NCBI GenBank assembly: GCA_050331815.1
Contig: JBHJGM010000007.1
Coordinates: 44,488 to 108,487, forward strand
Source: Opitutales bacterium
GTDB taxonomy: Bacteria > Verrucomicrobiota > Verrucomicrobiia > Opitutales > JBHJGM01
Direction of reading: 5' to 3'
Length of the DNA stretch: 64,000 nt
In this document: piece after piece, positions 17,271 to 25,378 of the stretch
Layout: every line of letters starts with the position of its first letter
Position numbering within the stretch: the first letter of the stretch is position 1
The notes under the pieces: generated by a model
The model's database searches: none
What the model was told of the DNA's origin: nothing
Seen by the model: only the letters and a program-made list of their open reading frames with translations
Program-made: the position numbers and the translations under genes

Positions 17271-19130
17271 TCAAACGGCGAGGGTCTTGCGCAGGGCAAA
17301 TTCGGCCTGTTTGCCTTCGTTCCACTGCTGAACGGGGCGCAGGTAGCCGACCACGCGGGAGTAGACCTCGGTCTGCTTGTGGCAGGTCGGGCACTTGAAG
17401 TACTCGCCGGAGAGGTAGCCGTGGTCGGGGCAGATGGAGAAGGTGGGCGTAAGTGAGAAATACGGCAGGCGGTAGCCCTCGGCGATGCGCCGGACGAGTT
17501 TGCGGACCGTCGTGGTGTTGTCGATACGCTCGCCCAGAAAGAGGTGCAGCACGGTGCCACCGGTGTACTGAGTCTGGAGCGGGTCTTGGTGGTCGAGCAC
17601 TTCGAAGAGGTCGTCCGTATATTGAACGGGCAAGTGCGTCGAGTTGGTGTAAAATGGGACTTCGGCCGGGGCGTCGGGAAGATCGTTGGCAACGGCGATG
17701 TGTGTTCCAAAGCGTTTGCGGTCCAGTCGTGCCAGCCGGTAGCTGGTGCCCTCGGCGGGGGTAGCTTCGAGGTTGTAGTTGTGTCCGGTGTCTTCCTGGT
17801 AGTGCAGCAGCCGCTCCCGCATGAACCGCAGGGTCGCTCGGGCGAAGCGGTGACCTTCAGCCGAGGTGATGCCCGTATCCAAAAGGTTGAGACAGGCCTC
17901 GTTCATGCCGACCAGGCCGATCGTGGAAAAGTGGTTTCGCCAAAAGCTGTCGAAGCGCTCCTTGATGTGGCGCAGGTAGAAGGTGGTATAGGGATAGAGA
18001 TTGGCCTGAGTGAGTTCCTCCAGAACGGCGCGTTTGCGCTCGAGCGAGTCGCGGGCCAGGTCCATCAGCGCGCCGAGGCGGGTGCGAAAGTCGTTCACGC
18101 TCTTGGACAGAAAGCCCAGCCGCGGCAGGTTGATGGTGACCACGCCGATGGAGCCGGTCAGCGGATGCGCGCCAAAGAGCCCGCCGCCGCGCACGGCCAG
18201 CTGCGTGTTGTCGATGCGCAGGCGGCAGCACATCGAGCGGGCGTCCTCGGGGTTGAGGTCGGAGTTGATGAAGTTCGAAAAGTACGGGACGCCGTACTTG
18301 CCGGTCATCTCCCAGAGGCCTTCGAGGTTGGGGTTTTCCCAGTCGAAGTCGCGGGACAGATTGATGGTGGGGATCGGGAAGGTGAGGGTGCGACCACGTG
18401 CGTCGCCCTCGGACAGCACGCTGAAAAAGGCGCGATTGAAGCGGTCGATCTCCGGTTGAAAATCACCATAGCGTTCGGTCAGGAGCTGGCCGCCGATCTG
18501 CACCGGCAGGTCGCGGTAAAACGCCGGGCAGACCAGGTCGAGGGTCACGTTGGTGAAAGGCGCCTGAAAGCCCACGCGGGTCGGTACATTTATGTTGAAG
18601 ACGAACTCCTGCAGGCTTTGGCGCAGTTCGTCGTCGCTCAAATTGTCGAAGCGGATGTAGGGGGCGAGCAGGGTGTCGAAATTGGAGAAGGCCTGCGCGC
18701 CGGCGGCTTCGCCCTGCAGCGTGTAGAAAAAATTGACAATCTGCCCGAGGGCGGTGCGCAGGTGGCGCGGGGGCCCGGACTCGACCTTGCCGGGGACGCC
18801 CCGGAAGCCTTCGCGCAGCAGGTCCGCCAAATCCCAGCCGACGCAATACACCGACAACTGGCCCAGGTCGTGGATGTGCAAATCGCCGCTGGCGTGCGCC
18901 TCCCCGACGGACGGCGCGTAGACCTGTTTCAGCCAGTAGGTCTCGGTGGCCGCGCTGGAGAGGTAGTTGTTGAGCCCCTGGAGCGAGTAGGTCATGTTCG
19001 AATTTTTGCGCACCTGCCAATCCAGCCGCGAGAGGTAGCCTTCCACGCTTTGGATGCGGGGATCGGCGGTGGCGGCCTGGGGGTTTGAGACGGAGGTACG
19101 GAAGTGGGTGGCGGTAACAGCTGAAGACAT
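17271..19130 (-). CDS. nrdD: anaerobic ribonucleoside-triphosphate reductase (class III)
   Basis: 619 aa. C-terminal Zn ribbon CPDHG...CPTCH and glycyl-radical motif SRVVGYLRP. Confidence 0.9.
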   Translation of the reverse strand: MSSAVTATHFRTSVSNPQAATADPRIQSVEGYLSRLDWQVRKNSNMTYSLQGLNNYLSSAATETYWLKQVYAPSVGEAHASGDLHIHDLGQLSVYCVGWDLADLLREGFRGVPGKVESGPPRHLRTALGQIVNFFYTLQGEAAGAQAFSNFDTLLAPYIRFDNLSDDELRQSLQEFVFNINVPTRVGFQAPFTNVTLDLVCPAFYRDLPVQIGGQLLTERYGDFQPEIDRFNRAFFSVLSEGDARGRTLTFPIPTINLSRDFDWENPNLEGLWEMTGKYGVPYFSNFINSDLNPEDARSMCCRLRIDNTQLAVRGGGLFGAHPLTGSIGVVTINLPRLGFLSKSVNDFRTRLGALMDLARDSLERKRAVLEELTQANLYPYTTFYLRHIKERFDSFWRNHFSTIGLVGMNEACLNLLDTGITSAEGHRFARATLRFMRERLLHYQEDTGHNYNLEATPAEGTSYRLARLDRKRFGTHIAVANDLPDAPAEVPFYTNSTHLPVQYTDDLFEVLDHQDPLQTQYTGGTVLHLFLGERIDNTTTVRKLVRRIAEGYRLPYFSLTPTFSICPDHGYLSGEYFKCPTCHKQTEVYSRVVGYLRPVQQWNEGKQAEFALRKTLAV

Positions 19131-19292
19131 CGGAATCCTGTATTTAGTGATTTTTCTTCAGCCTGGACCCAATATGTAGCGTCGATCCAGTGGAATTGGT
19201 CTGGAAGCGCGGGTTTTCAGCAACCGTTCTGATAGCTATTAGGGCCGGGGTTGAAGGTTGACGTGGCCGCGCGGCCCGATTGCCTGACGCGC

Positions 19293-20276
19293 ATGAGCCG
19301 CAAGATTCGATGGGGTATCCTCAGCACCGCCAAGCACGCGCAAAAGGCCTTCATTCCGGCGGTGCGCACAACGACAAACGGTGAGGTGGCGGCGATTTGC
19401 AGCCGTAGCCAGGAAGCGGCTCAAGCCGTCGCTAATGAGCATGGGATCCCCAAGGCACACGGCAGCTACGAAGCGCTGCTAAACGATCCCGAGATTGACG
19501 CCATTTACAATCCGCTGCCGGTGGCCCTGCACGCGGAGTGGTCCATCCGGTGCGCTGAAGTTGGTAAGCCCGTGTTGTGCGAAAAGCCCTTCACGCAGAC
19601 GGCAGCTGAGGCGCGGGAAGTGGCCGCCGCTTTTGAAAAAGCGGGCATCCCGGTGGCCGAAAGCCTCATGTGGCGTTTTCATCCGGTGGCGGAAAAGGTG
19701 CAGTCGCTCTTGGCCGAGGGGGTTATCGGCGAACTTGTAATCCTGCGCACAACCTTCAACGCGAACGTTCAGCGGGCCGGCAACTTTCGCTACGAAAAAT
19801 CTCTGGGCGGCGGCGCGCTGCTGGACCTGGGCTGCTACACCGTCAGCGGTTTGCGCGCCTTTGCCTGCGAGGAACCCGCGCAGGTGGCGGCGGTGGCGCA
19901 GTTTGATGCCGCTACGGGCGTCGACGAGAGCGTCACCGGTTTGCTGCGTTTTCCTTCGGGCAAGGTTGGGTACTTCGGCGTCAGCATGGCCACGCCGTTT
20001 AGCAGCAGCTACGATCTGACCGGCACCCAAGGGCGCATCCGGGTCGATGTGGGCGGCTTCGTCACCTGGCCGGGTACGGAGTTCGCCATCGAGGTGTGGG
20101 GCGGCAGCCGCGAGGACCTGGAGGTGATCAAAGCCCCGGCGGCCAACCATTACGGCCTTGTGGCCGAGGACTTTGCCCAGGCACTGCTGGATGAACGCCC
20201 GCCGCGCTACCCCATCAGCGATGCGATTGCCAACATGACGGTCCTCGACCAACTGCGGGCCTGTATCGAAAAATAG
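19293..20276 (+). CDS. Gfo/Idh/MocA family oxidoreductase
   Basis: MSRKIRWGILSTAKHA Rossmann N-terminus and a CEKP motif. The listed ORF starts 14 codons upstream. Confidence 0.8.
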   Translation: MSRKIRWGILSTAKHAQKAFIPAVRTTTNGEVAAICSRSQEAAQAVANEHGIPKAHGSYEALLNDPEIDAIYNPLPVALHAEWSIRCAEVGKPVLCEKPFTQTAAEAREVAAAFEKAGIPVAESLMWRFHPVAEKVQSLLAEGVIGELVILRTTFNANVQRAGNFRYEKSLGGGALLDLGCYTVSGLRAFACEEPAQVAAVAQFDAATGVDESVTGLLRFPSGKVGYFGVSMATPFSSSYDLTGTQGRIRVDVGGFVTWPGTEFAIEVWGGSREDLEVIKAPAANHYGLVAEDFAQALLDERPPRYPISDAIANMTVLDQLRACIEK

Positions 20277-20300
20277 AATACGCGAGCGAGTGGCCGGTTA

Positions 20301-20505
20301 ACGACCACGAAACGATTCGGTTAACCACGAATGAACACGAAGCCTGGGTTGGGTGTGTGCCTTTGCTTACTCTGTAGGCGCTGTCATGCGTTCTCGCCGC
20401 TAGCTTACATTCTTGCGACTAAGGAGAGGAGTCGGCTACGGACAGGCATGGATTCGGGCGGATATGGATATCAGGATTTGTGTTTATTCGTGAGAATTCG
20501 TGGTT
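20301..20505. repeat. CACGAA/TTCGTG-rich intergenic element with ~19-bp imperfect terminal inverted repeats
   Basis: Left arm AACCACGAATGAACACGAA (20323..20341). Right arm TTCGTGAGAATTCGTGGTT (20487..20505), whose reverse complement is AACCACGAATTCTCACGAA: 16 of 19 match. An extra CCACGAA copy sits at 20305. Confidence 0.6.
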
Positions 20506-20572
20506 CCTGCAAAAATTTAGAGCGCTTTGGTTCGAGGTTTTGCCTTAGCATTTGTGGTGTCGACATTGATGC

Positions 20573-22585
20573 TCAGGCTTGCAGGTCGAGCCAGCTGAAT
20601 TCGTCGGGGGTGAGTTCGACGGTCAGTGCGGGCAGGAGGGTGCGCAGTTCGTGGCGGTTGGCCGGTCCAACGAGGGGGAAGCACGGGTATGCCTGGTGCA
20701 GTACCCAGGCCAGCGCGATGTTGAGGGTCGATACGCCTTTTTTAGCGGCGAGTTCGGCGGCGCGTGCCTTGCGCTGAAAGTTATCCTCGCTGTACCAGCA
20801 GCGGACGAGCTCGGGGTCGGCGTGCTTGTCCGGTCCTGAGCGCTCGGTGAAGAAGCCGCGGGCCTGGCTGGACCAAGGCAAGAGGTTCAGCCCGCTCTCC
20901 AGGAGAAACGCGTGGTACTCGGCTTCCTTGGCGGAGAGAACGCCTTGCCAGACTGGGTCGACCATGCGGGCGAGGGACAGGTTGTTGCTGACCACGCCGG
21001 GCAGGGGCAGGGCGTTGGCTTGCGCGTAATTGATGGCAGCGCGCATGCGCTCGACTGTCCAGTTGGAAAAGCCGTAGGTGCCGACCTGGCCCGCCTGCTG
21101 CCAGCCGGCCATGACATCGATGAACTCCCCGACGGGCACCTCGGTGTTGTCGCGGTGCATCATGTAGACTTCGATGCGATCGGTGCGCAGGCGCTCGAGG
21201 CTCCCGGCGAATTCGTCGGGCATCAGTTGCGGCCAATTCTTGGGTGAGTGTGCGCCTTTAGTGATGATGACGACCTCGTCGCGCAGCCCGCGATTCTCGA
21301 TCCACTGGCCCAGGTTGCGCTCGGATTCGCCGTGTGAATACATCGCTGCCGTATCCCAGGCGTTGCCGCCAAATTCGAAAAAGGCGTCCCACAAGTAGCT
21401 GTTTCCAGCAAAGCTCGAGCCTAGGGCGCCCATGATCACTCGCGAGCAATCCAGCGCAACGCCGGGCAGTTTTGCGTAGGGCATCGGGTGGGGGACTGAA
21501 GAGCGCTTGCGCACCGGTCCGAGGTCAATCGTGGGGACGCCCGGGCCACGCGTTTCCAGATCGTAGCGCAGGCCGATTTGTGCACGCCATTTGTCGAGCA
21601 CGGCCATGTTGCCCAGCGAGTCGTCCCAACTCATCGTCGGAGCCGCTGCCTGCCGCGCATCCAAGTAGCGGACCACCGTGTCGACCTCGTACAGGTAGCG
21701 CGCCCGGGGCTCGCCGACCTTGATTTCCGCGGGCTCCTGCGCATCGCCTTTGTAGTGCAGGTAGCGACCTTCACCAAACCAGGGGTTAGGCACAACGAGG
21801 CGGCCTTCCTCGCCGTAAATGGTGACGTGGTTTTCGCGGTTGAGGCGAATCGCGCAGGAGGTCTCGGCCACCAGGCCGCTGGCAAAACTCAGCACGCAGG
21901 CCGTCCACTCGTCGACGCCGGTTTCGCCGAGATGACCGGCGGCACCGATCCTGGTGGGCTCGGCAAAGGGCTTGCCCTCGGCCACGCCGGCCACAAGCCG
22001 CGCGAAGGAAACCGGATAGCAGCCGATGTCGAGGATCGCGCCACCACCGAGTTCTTTTTTCTGATGGCGTCCCTCCGAATCGGGCCCCTGATCGAAACAG
22101 AAATGCCCGGAGAAAAATTTCGGCCGGCCGATGTCTCCGCGCCGAAGTGCTTCGATGAGCGCGGCGGTCTGCGGATAGCACCGGTACATGAACGCCTCCA
22201 TAAAAAAGACGTCGTGCTCACGGCAGACGTCGAGGATGACCTCGGTCTCGTGCCGGTTCATGGCTGCGGGTTTTTCACAGAGGATGTGCTTGCCCGCGCG
22301 AGCGCACATGACCGCCTGTTGCGCGTGGTAGGGGTGCGGGGTGGCGATGTAAATCACGTCGACTTGGGCATCGTCGAGCAGGGCCTCGTAGCTGCCGTGG
22401 GCGCGCACATGGTCCCCATGTTGCCTGGCAAATTCGATGGCGCGTTCGAGGTTGCGGCTGCCCACGGCGACAAGATCACTGGTTTCGGAAGCCGCCAGCC
22501 CGGCAGCCAGTTTGTGGGCGATGCGTCCGGGGCCCAGGATGCCCCAGCGGAGTTTGGGAGGCGTGGTCATGCGTATCATCTGCAT
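20573..22585 (-). CDS. fusion protein: N-terminal Gfo/Idh/MocA oxidoreductase plus C-terminal aldo/keto reductase
   Basis: 670 aa. The N-terminus has KLRWGILGPGRIA and CEKP. The C-terminal half has AKR tetrad context (WDTAAMY, IITKG, MMHRD). Confidence 0.75.
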   Translation of the reverse strand: MQMIRMTTPPKLRWGILGPGRIAHKLAAGLAASETSDLVAVGSRNLERAIEFARQHGDHVRAHGSYEALLDDAQVDVIYIATPHPYHAQQAVMCARAGKHILCEKPAAMNRHETEVILDVCREHDVFFMEAFMYRCYPQTAALIEALRRGDIGRPKFFSGHFCFDQGPDSEGRHQKKELGGGAILDIGCYPVSFARLVAGVAEGKPFAEPTRIGAAGHLGETGVDEWTACVLSFASGLVAETSCAIRLNRENHVTIYGEEGRLVVPNPWFGEGRYLHYKGDAQEPAEIKVGEPRARYLYEVDTVVRYLDARQAAAPTMSWDDSLGNMAVLDKWRAQIGLRYDLETRGPGVPTIDLGPVRKRSSVPHPMPYAKLPGVALDCSRVIMGALGSSFAGNSYLWDAFFEFGGNAWDTAAMYSHGESERNLGQWIENRGLRDEVVIITKGAHSPKNWPQLMPDEFAGSLERLRTDRIEVYMMHRDNTEVPVGEFIDVMAGWQQAGQVGTYGFSNWTVERMRAAINYAQANALPLPGVVSNNLSLARMVDPVWQGVLSAKEAEYHAFLLESGLNLLPWSSQARGFFTERSGPDKHADPELVRCWYSEDNFQRKARAAELAAKKGVSTLNIALAWVLHQAYPCFPLVGPANRHELRTLLPALTVELTPDEFSWLDLQA

Positions 22586-22803
22586 GCGCGCATCTGTCGC
22601 CTGTCGAGGTCCATTCTCTAAAATTTGCGGGCACGCACGGTCGGGGCTGCGAACCCCTCATTTTTGAGCGCGCAAGCGGGTTGCAAATGCGCGCGGGAAT
22701 AATTGCCGGGGATGCCGGCTCGAATGCGCGTCAATCACCTGAGCCTGCCGCCTTTCAACACAACAAAGCACAAAAGATAACATCAACAAAACAGCCAAAG
22801 ACC

Positions 22804-23307
22804 ATGAATGTATTCAAAAACCTCCTACGCTTTACCGCGGTGATCGCCGCGGCTCAGCTTTTCTGGACTAGCAGTCTGCAGGCCGCTGTCGCGGACAAAG
22901 CCACGGATGTGCAGGCTGCTCCCGTTGCGCTGATCGGGGTGCAGGGCTATGACCTTGTCTCGTACCATCAGCCGACCGGGCCCGTGCGCGGAAGCGGCTT
23001 CCACGTTGCCGAGCACAAAGGGGTCAGCTACATGTTTGCCAACGCCGAGAACAAGGCCACTTTCCAAGCTAAGCCCGAAGAGTACCTGCCGGCCTATGGC
23101 GGCTACTGCGCCTTTGGCGTGGCGGTGGGGCAGAAGTTTCCGGTGAATCCGCTGCGTTACAAGCTGGTCGACGGCAAGCTCTACCTGAACCTCGATGGCG
23201 ACATCCAGGCCAAGTGGAATGAGGACGTGGCCGGCCACATTAAAAAGGCCGACGCCAACTGGAAGCAGATCGCGACCAAGACTCCCGCGCAACTGGCGGC
23301 CAAGTAA
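22804..23307 (+). CDS. secreted YHS-domain protein
   Basis: Signal peptide MNVFKNLLRFTAVIAAAQLF...LQA, then GYDLVSYH and YGGYCAFGVA motifs. The start is moved to the ATG at 22804. Confidence 0.65.
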   Translation: MNVFKNLLRFTAVIAAAQLFWTSSLQAAVADKATDVQAAPVALIGVQGYDLVSYHQPTGPVRGSGFHVAEHKGVSYMFANAENKATFQAKPEEYLPAYGGYCAFGVAVGQKFPVNPLRYKLVDGKLYLNLDGDIQAKWNEDVAGHIKKADANWKQIATKTPAQLAAK

Positions 23308-23395
23308 GCGAGCGCTTCGCTGCAGCCAAATTTAGACAACGCGGCGTCCGGTACGTTTTCCGGGCGTCGTGTTTTGTTTAAGCGGTTGGCGTGGG

Positions 23396-23551
23396 TCAGG
23401 TGTCTGCGGTTTTCGACTTGGCTTGGCGGCGACAACGCTCGGAGCAGTACTTCACCTCGTCCCAGACCTGTGCCCATTTTTTGCGCCAGGCAAAGGGCCG
23501 CCCGCAGACGGGGCAGATTTTCTCGGGCAAGTGGGGCTTTTTGTGGGCCAT
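23396..23551 (-). CDS. DUF2256-type small zinc-ribbon protein (51 aa)
   Basis: My own translation: [51 protein letters not shown]. It falls below the 60-aa cutoff of the ORF track. Confidence 0.7.
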   Translation of the reverse strand: MAHKKPHLPEKICPVCGRPFAWRKKWAQVWDEVKYCSERCRRQAKSKTADT

Positions 23552-23658
23552 CGTGCTAGGGCCAATTATGTTTACGAGGGACTACGGATGCAACTCCCTG
23601 GCGCGGGCCGGTCCGGACAAACGCTTGACCCGTGGGTCTCGATCGGGTTTGTTAACGG

Positions 23659-23675
23659 TTTCCGAAGTTCGGAAA
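23659..23675. promoter_or_regulatory. 17-nt palindrome TTTCCGAAGTTCGGAAA five nt upstream of tRNA-Ala
   Basis: Read directly: 8-bp arms around one central base. Confidence 0.35.
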
Positions 23676-23680
23676 TACCT

Positions 23681-23756
23681 GGGGCCGTAGCTCAGTTGGA
23701 AGAGCGCTTCAATGGCATTGAAGAGGTCGTCGGTTCGATCCCGATCGGCTCCACCA
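23681..23756 (+). tRNA. tRNA-Ala (anticodon GGC)
   Basis: GGGGCCG acceptor with the G3:U70 identity pair, anticodon loop ATGGCAT, T arm GTCGG-TTCGATC-CCGAT, encoded CCA. Confidence 0.9.
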
Positions 23757-24063
23757 TCCTTTGCCTCCTTGGCGGAGGCTGCGTATAGCAGGCCATCTCA
23801 TTTGAGGGGTGGGCTCTCAAAGTACTTTTACGTTGATGGGAGGCGAAGGATGCCCTGCGTCACTCATTCGTGAGCGAAGCACGGGCGTACAAAACTCCCT
23901 GCAAGCGGCTAAGGCCTAGGCGCGGACCCATGCGGACACGTGTTTGGTTTGAAGCCCGGAAGGTTGCGGAAAAGTTTGTTCGCTGTGCGACTCACCAGGC
24001 AATATGCGTCCCTGCGATTCAGGCCGCTGAGGCCTGCCTTCTGTAACTTCGACGTGACTGACG

Positions 24064-25257
24064 ATGCAAATGGTAAGCCCTGAAGACCTGGGTGTGTACC
24101 TTGGTTTAGATGCACCCTACACGGCGGTAGCGGGTCGCTGGCCGGCGCCTTCGGCCCGTGAGTGGTACTCGAGTCTGCCCTGGCTGGTGGGCACGAATTT
24201 TTATCCCTCCACCGCCATCAATCAGATTGAGATGTGGCAGGGTTCCACCTGGGATTCGGAAACAATCGCCCGCGAGTTGAAATGGGGCCGTGAACTCGGC
24301 TTTAACACGCACCGCGTGTACCTCCACGACTTGGTCTGGCAGGCCGATCCGGAAGGCTTTTATCAGCGCATGGACCAGTTTCTGGACCTGTGCGCGGCGG
24401 CGGGTTGTCGGCCCTTTTTTGTCTTTTTCGACGACTGCCACTTCCCGACCTGCGAGCTGGGTCCGCAGCCGCAGCCCGTGCCTGGCTATCACAACTCGGG
24501 CTGGGTCTCGGCGCCCGACCGCGCCTCGGCCTTACGCATGGCTTGCGGGGCCGCTTCGGAGGAACTGCGGCAGCGCTTGCGCGGTTATTTGCAGGGTACG
24601 CTTGAGCGCTTTCGCGACGACACGCGGGTGCTGTTTTGGGAATTGTACAACGAGCCAGGGCGTGGCGCGGGCACCGTCACCGCTTTCGAGCGGAGGCACC
24701 CAGCTGACCTCGAATACGGCAACCTGGCCTGCCGCTTTGTGCAGCAGACCTGGGAATGGGCCCGGGAAGTCGCGCCGTCTCAGCCGGTCGCATCGAACAC
24801 GGCGGGCTGCGTGGGCGAGGTCAACTGGGCCATCAACTTTATGAACTCCGATGTGCAGTCCATCCATGTTTACGATCCCGCGGACGAGACTGAACGCATC
24901 CTTCAGCAGTTTCTGCAATTCGACCGCCCGGTCCTGATGACCGAGTACATGGCCCGTCCCTGTGGTTCGACGTTTCAGGCGATTCTCCCACTGCTCAAGC
25001 AGCACAAGGTGGCGGCCATCAACTGGGGCTTGGTCAGCGGTAAGTCGGGCACGATTTGGCCCTGGGAGAGCCGGGCCGTCGATGGAAAATTCGCGCCCGC
25101 GCGCGTGCTGCGTGAACAGGGGCGGGTGGCGCAACGTATCGAGGAACTGCCGGAGCCCGAGGTGTGGTTTCACGACATTTTACGCGCGGACGGCACGCCG
25201 TACGACCCGGATGAGGTGGCGCTGATCCGCGAGCTGACCGCAGACGCAGTCTGGTGA
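24064..25257 (+). CDS. clan GH-A (GH5-like) glycoside hydrolase, cytoplasmic
   Basis: 397 aa. (beta/alpha)8-type pattern with ELGFNTHRVYL and the FWELYNEPG acid/base motif. No signal peptide. Confidence 0.6.
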   Translation: MQMVSPEDLGVYLGLDAPYTAVAGRWPAPSAREWYSSLPWLVGTNFYPSTAINQIEMWQGSTWDSETIARELKWGRELGFNTHRVYLHDLVWQADPEGFYQRMDQFLDLCAAAGCRPFFVFFDDCHFPTCELGPQPQPVPGYHNSGWVSAPDRASALRMACGAASEELRQRLRGYLQGTLERFRDDTRVLFWELYNEPGRGAGTVTAFERRHPADLEYGNLACRFVQQTWEWAREVAPSQPVASNTAGCVGEVNWAINFMNSDVQSIHVYDPADETERILQQFLQFDRPVLMTEYMARPCGSTFQAILPLLKQHKVAAINWGLVSGKSGTIWPWESRAVDGKFAPARVLREQGRVAQRIEELPEPEVWFHDILRADGTPYDPDEVALIRELTADAVW

Positions 25258-25378
25258 CTTGAGGCCGCAGCAGATCCGCTCAAGCGGCGCTTAGTTTGGC
25301 GGCCTGTCGCGTGTATGTGGCCTCATAAAAGTGGTGAGCGGTCTGTTTGATTTTTCGTTTCAGGTGATACCTTAACGC

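Noticed and set aside
19131-19250. Possible NrdR boxes upstream of nrdD (CTACATATTGGG and TCACTAAATACAGG, roughly three helical turns apart)
   Set aside because: One candidate matches about 11 of 16 consensus positions and the other only about 7 of 16, and the palindromic symmetry is poor. That is not enough to call them without a genome-wide NrdR motif model.
20331-20777. 148-aa ORF across the inverted-repeat element
   Set aside because: It reads through repeat DNA (the FVRIRGS-type repeat translation) and then runs antisense into the 3' end of the fusion oxidoreductase gene. It has no Shine-Dalgarno sequence and no motif.
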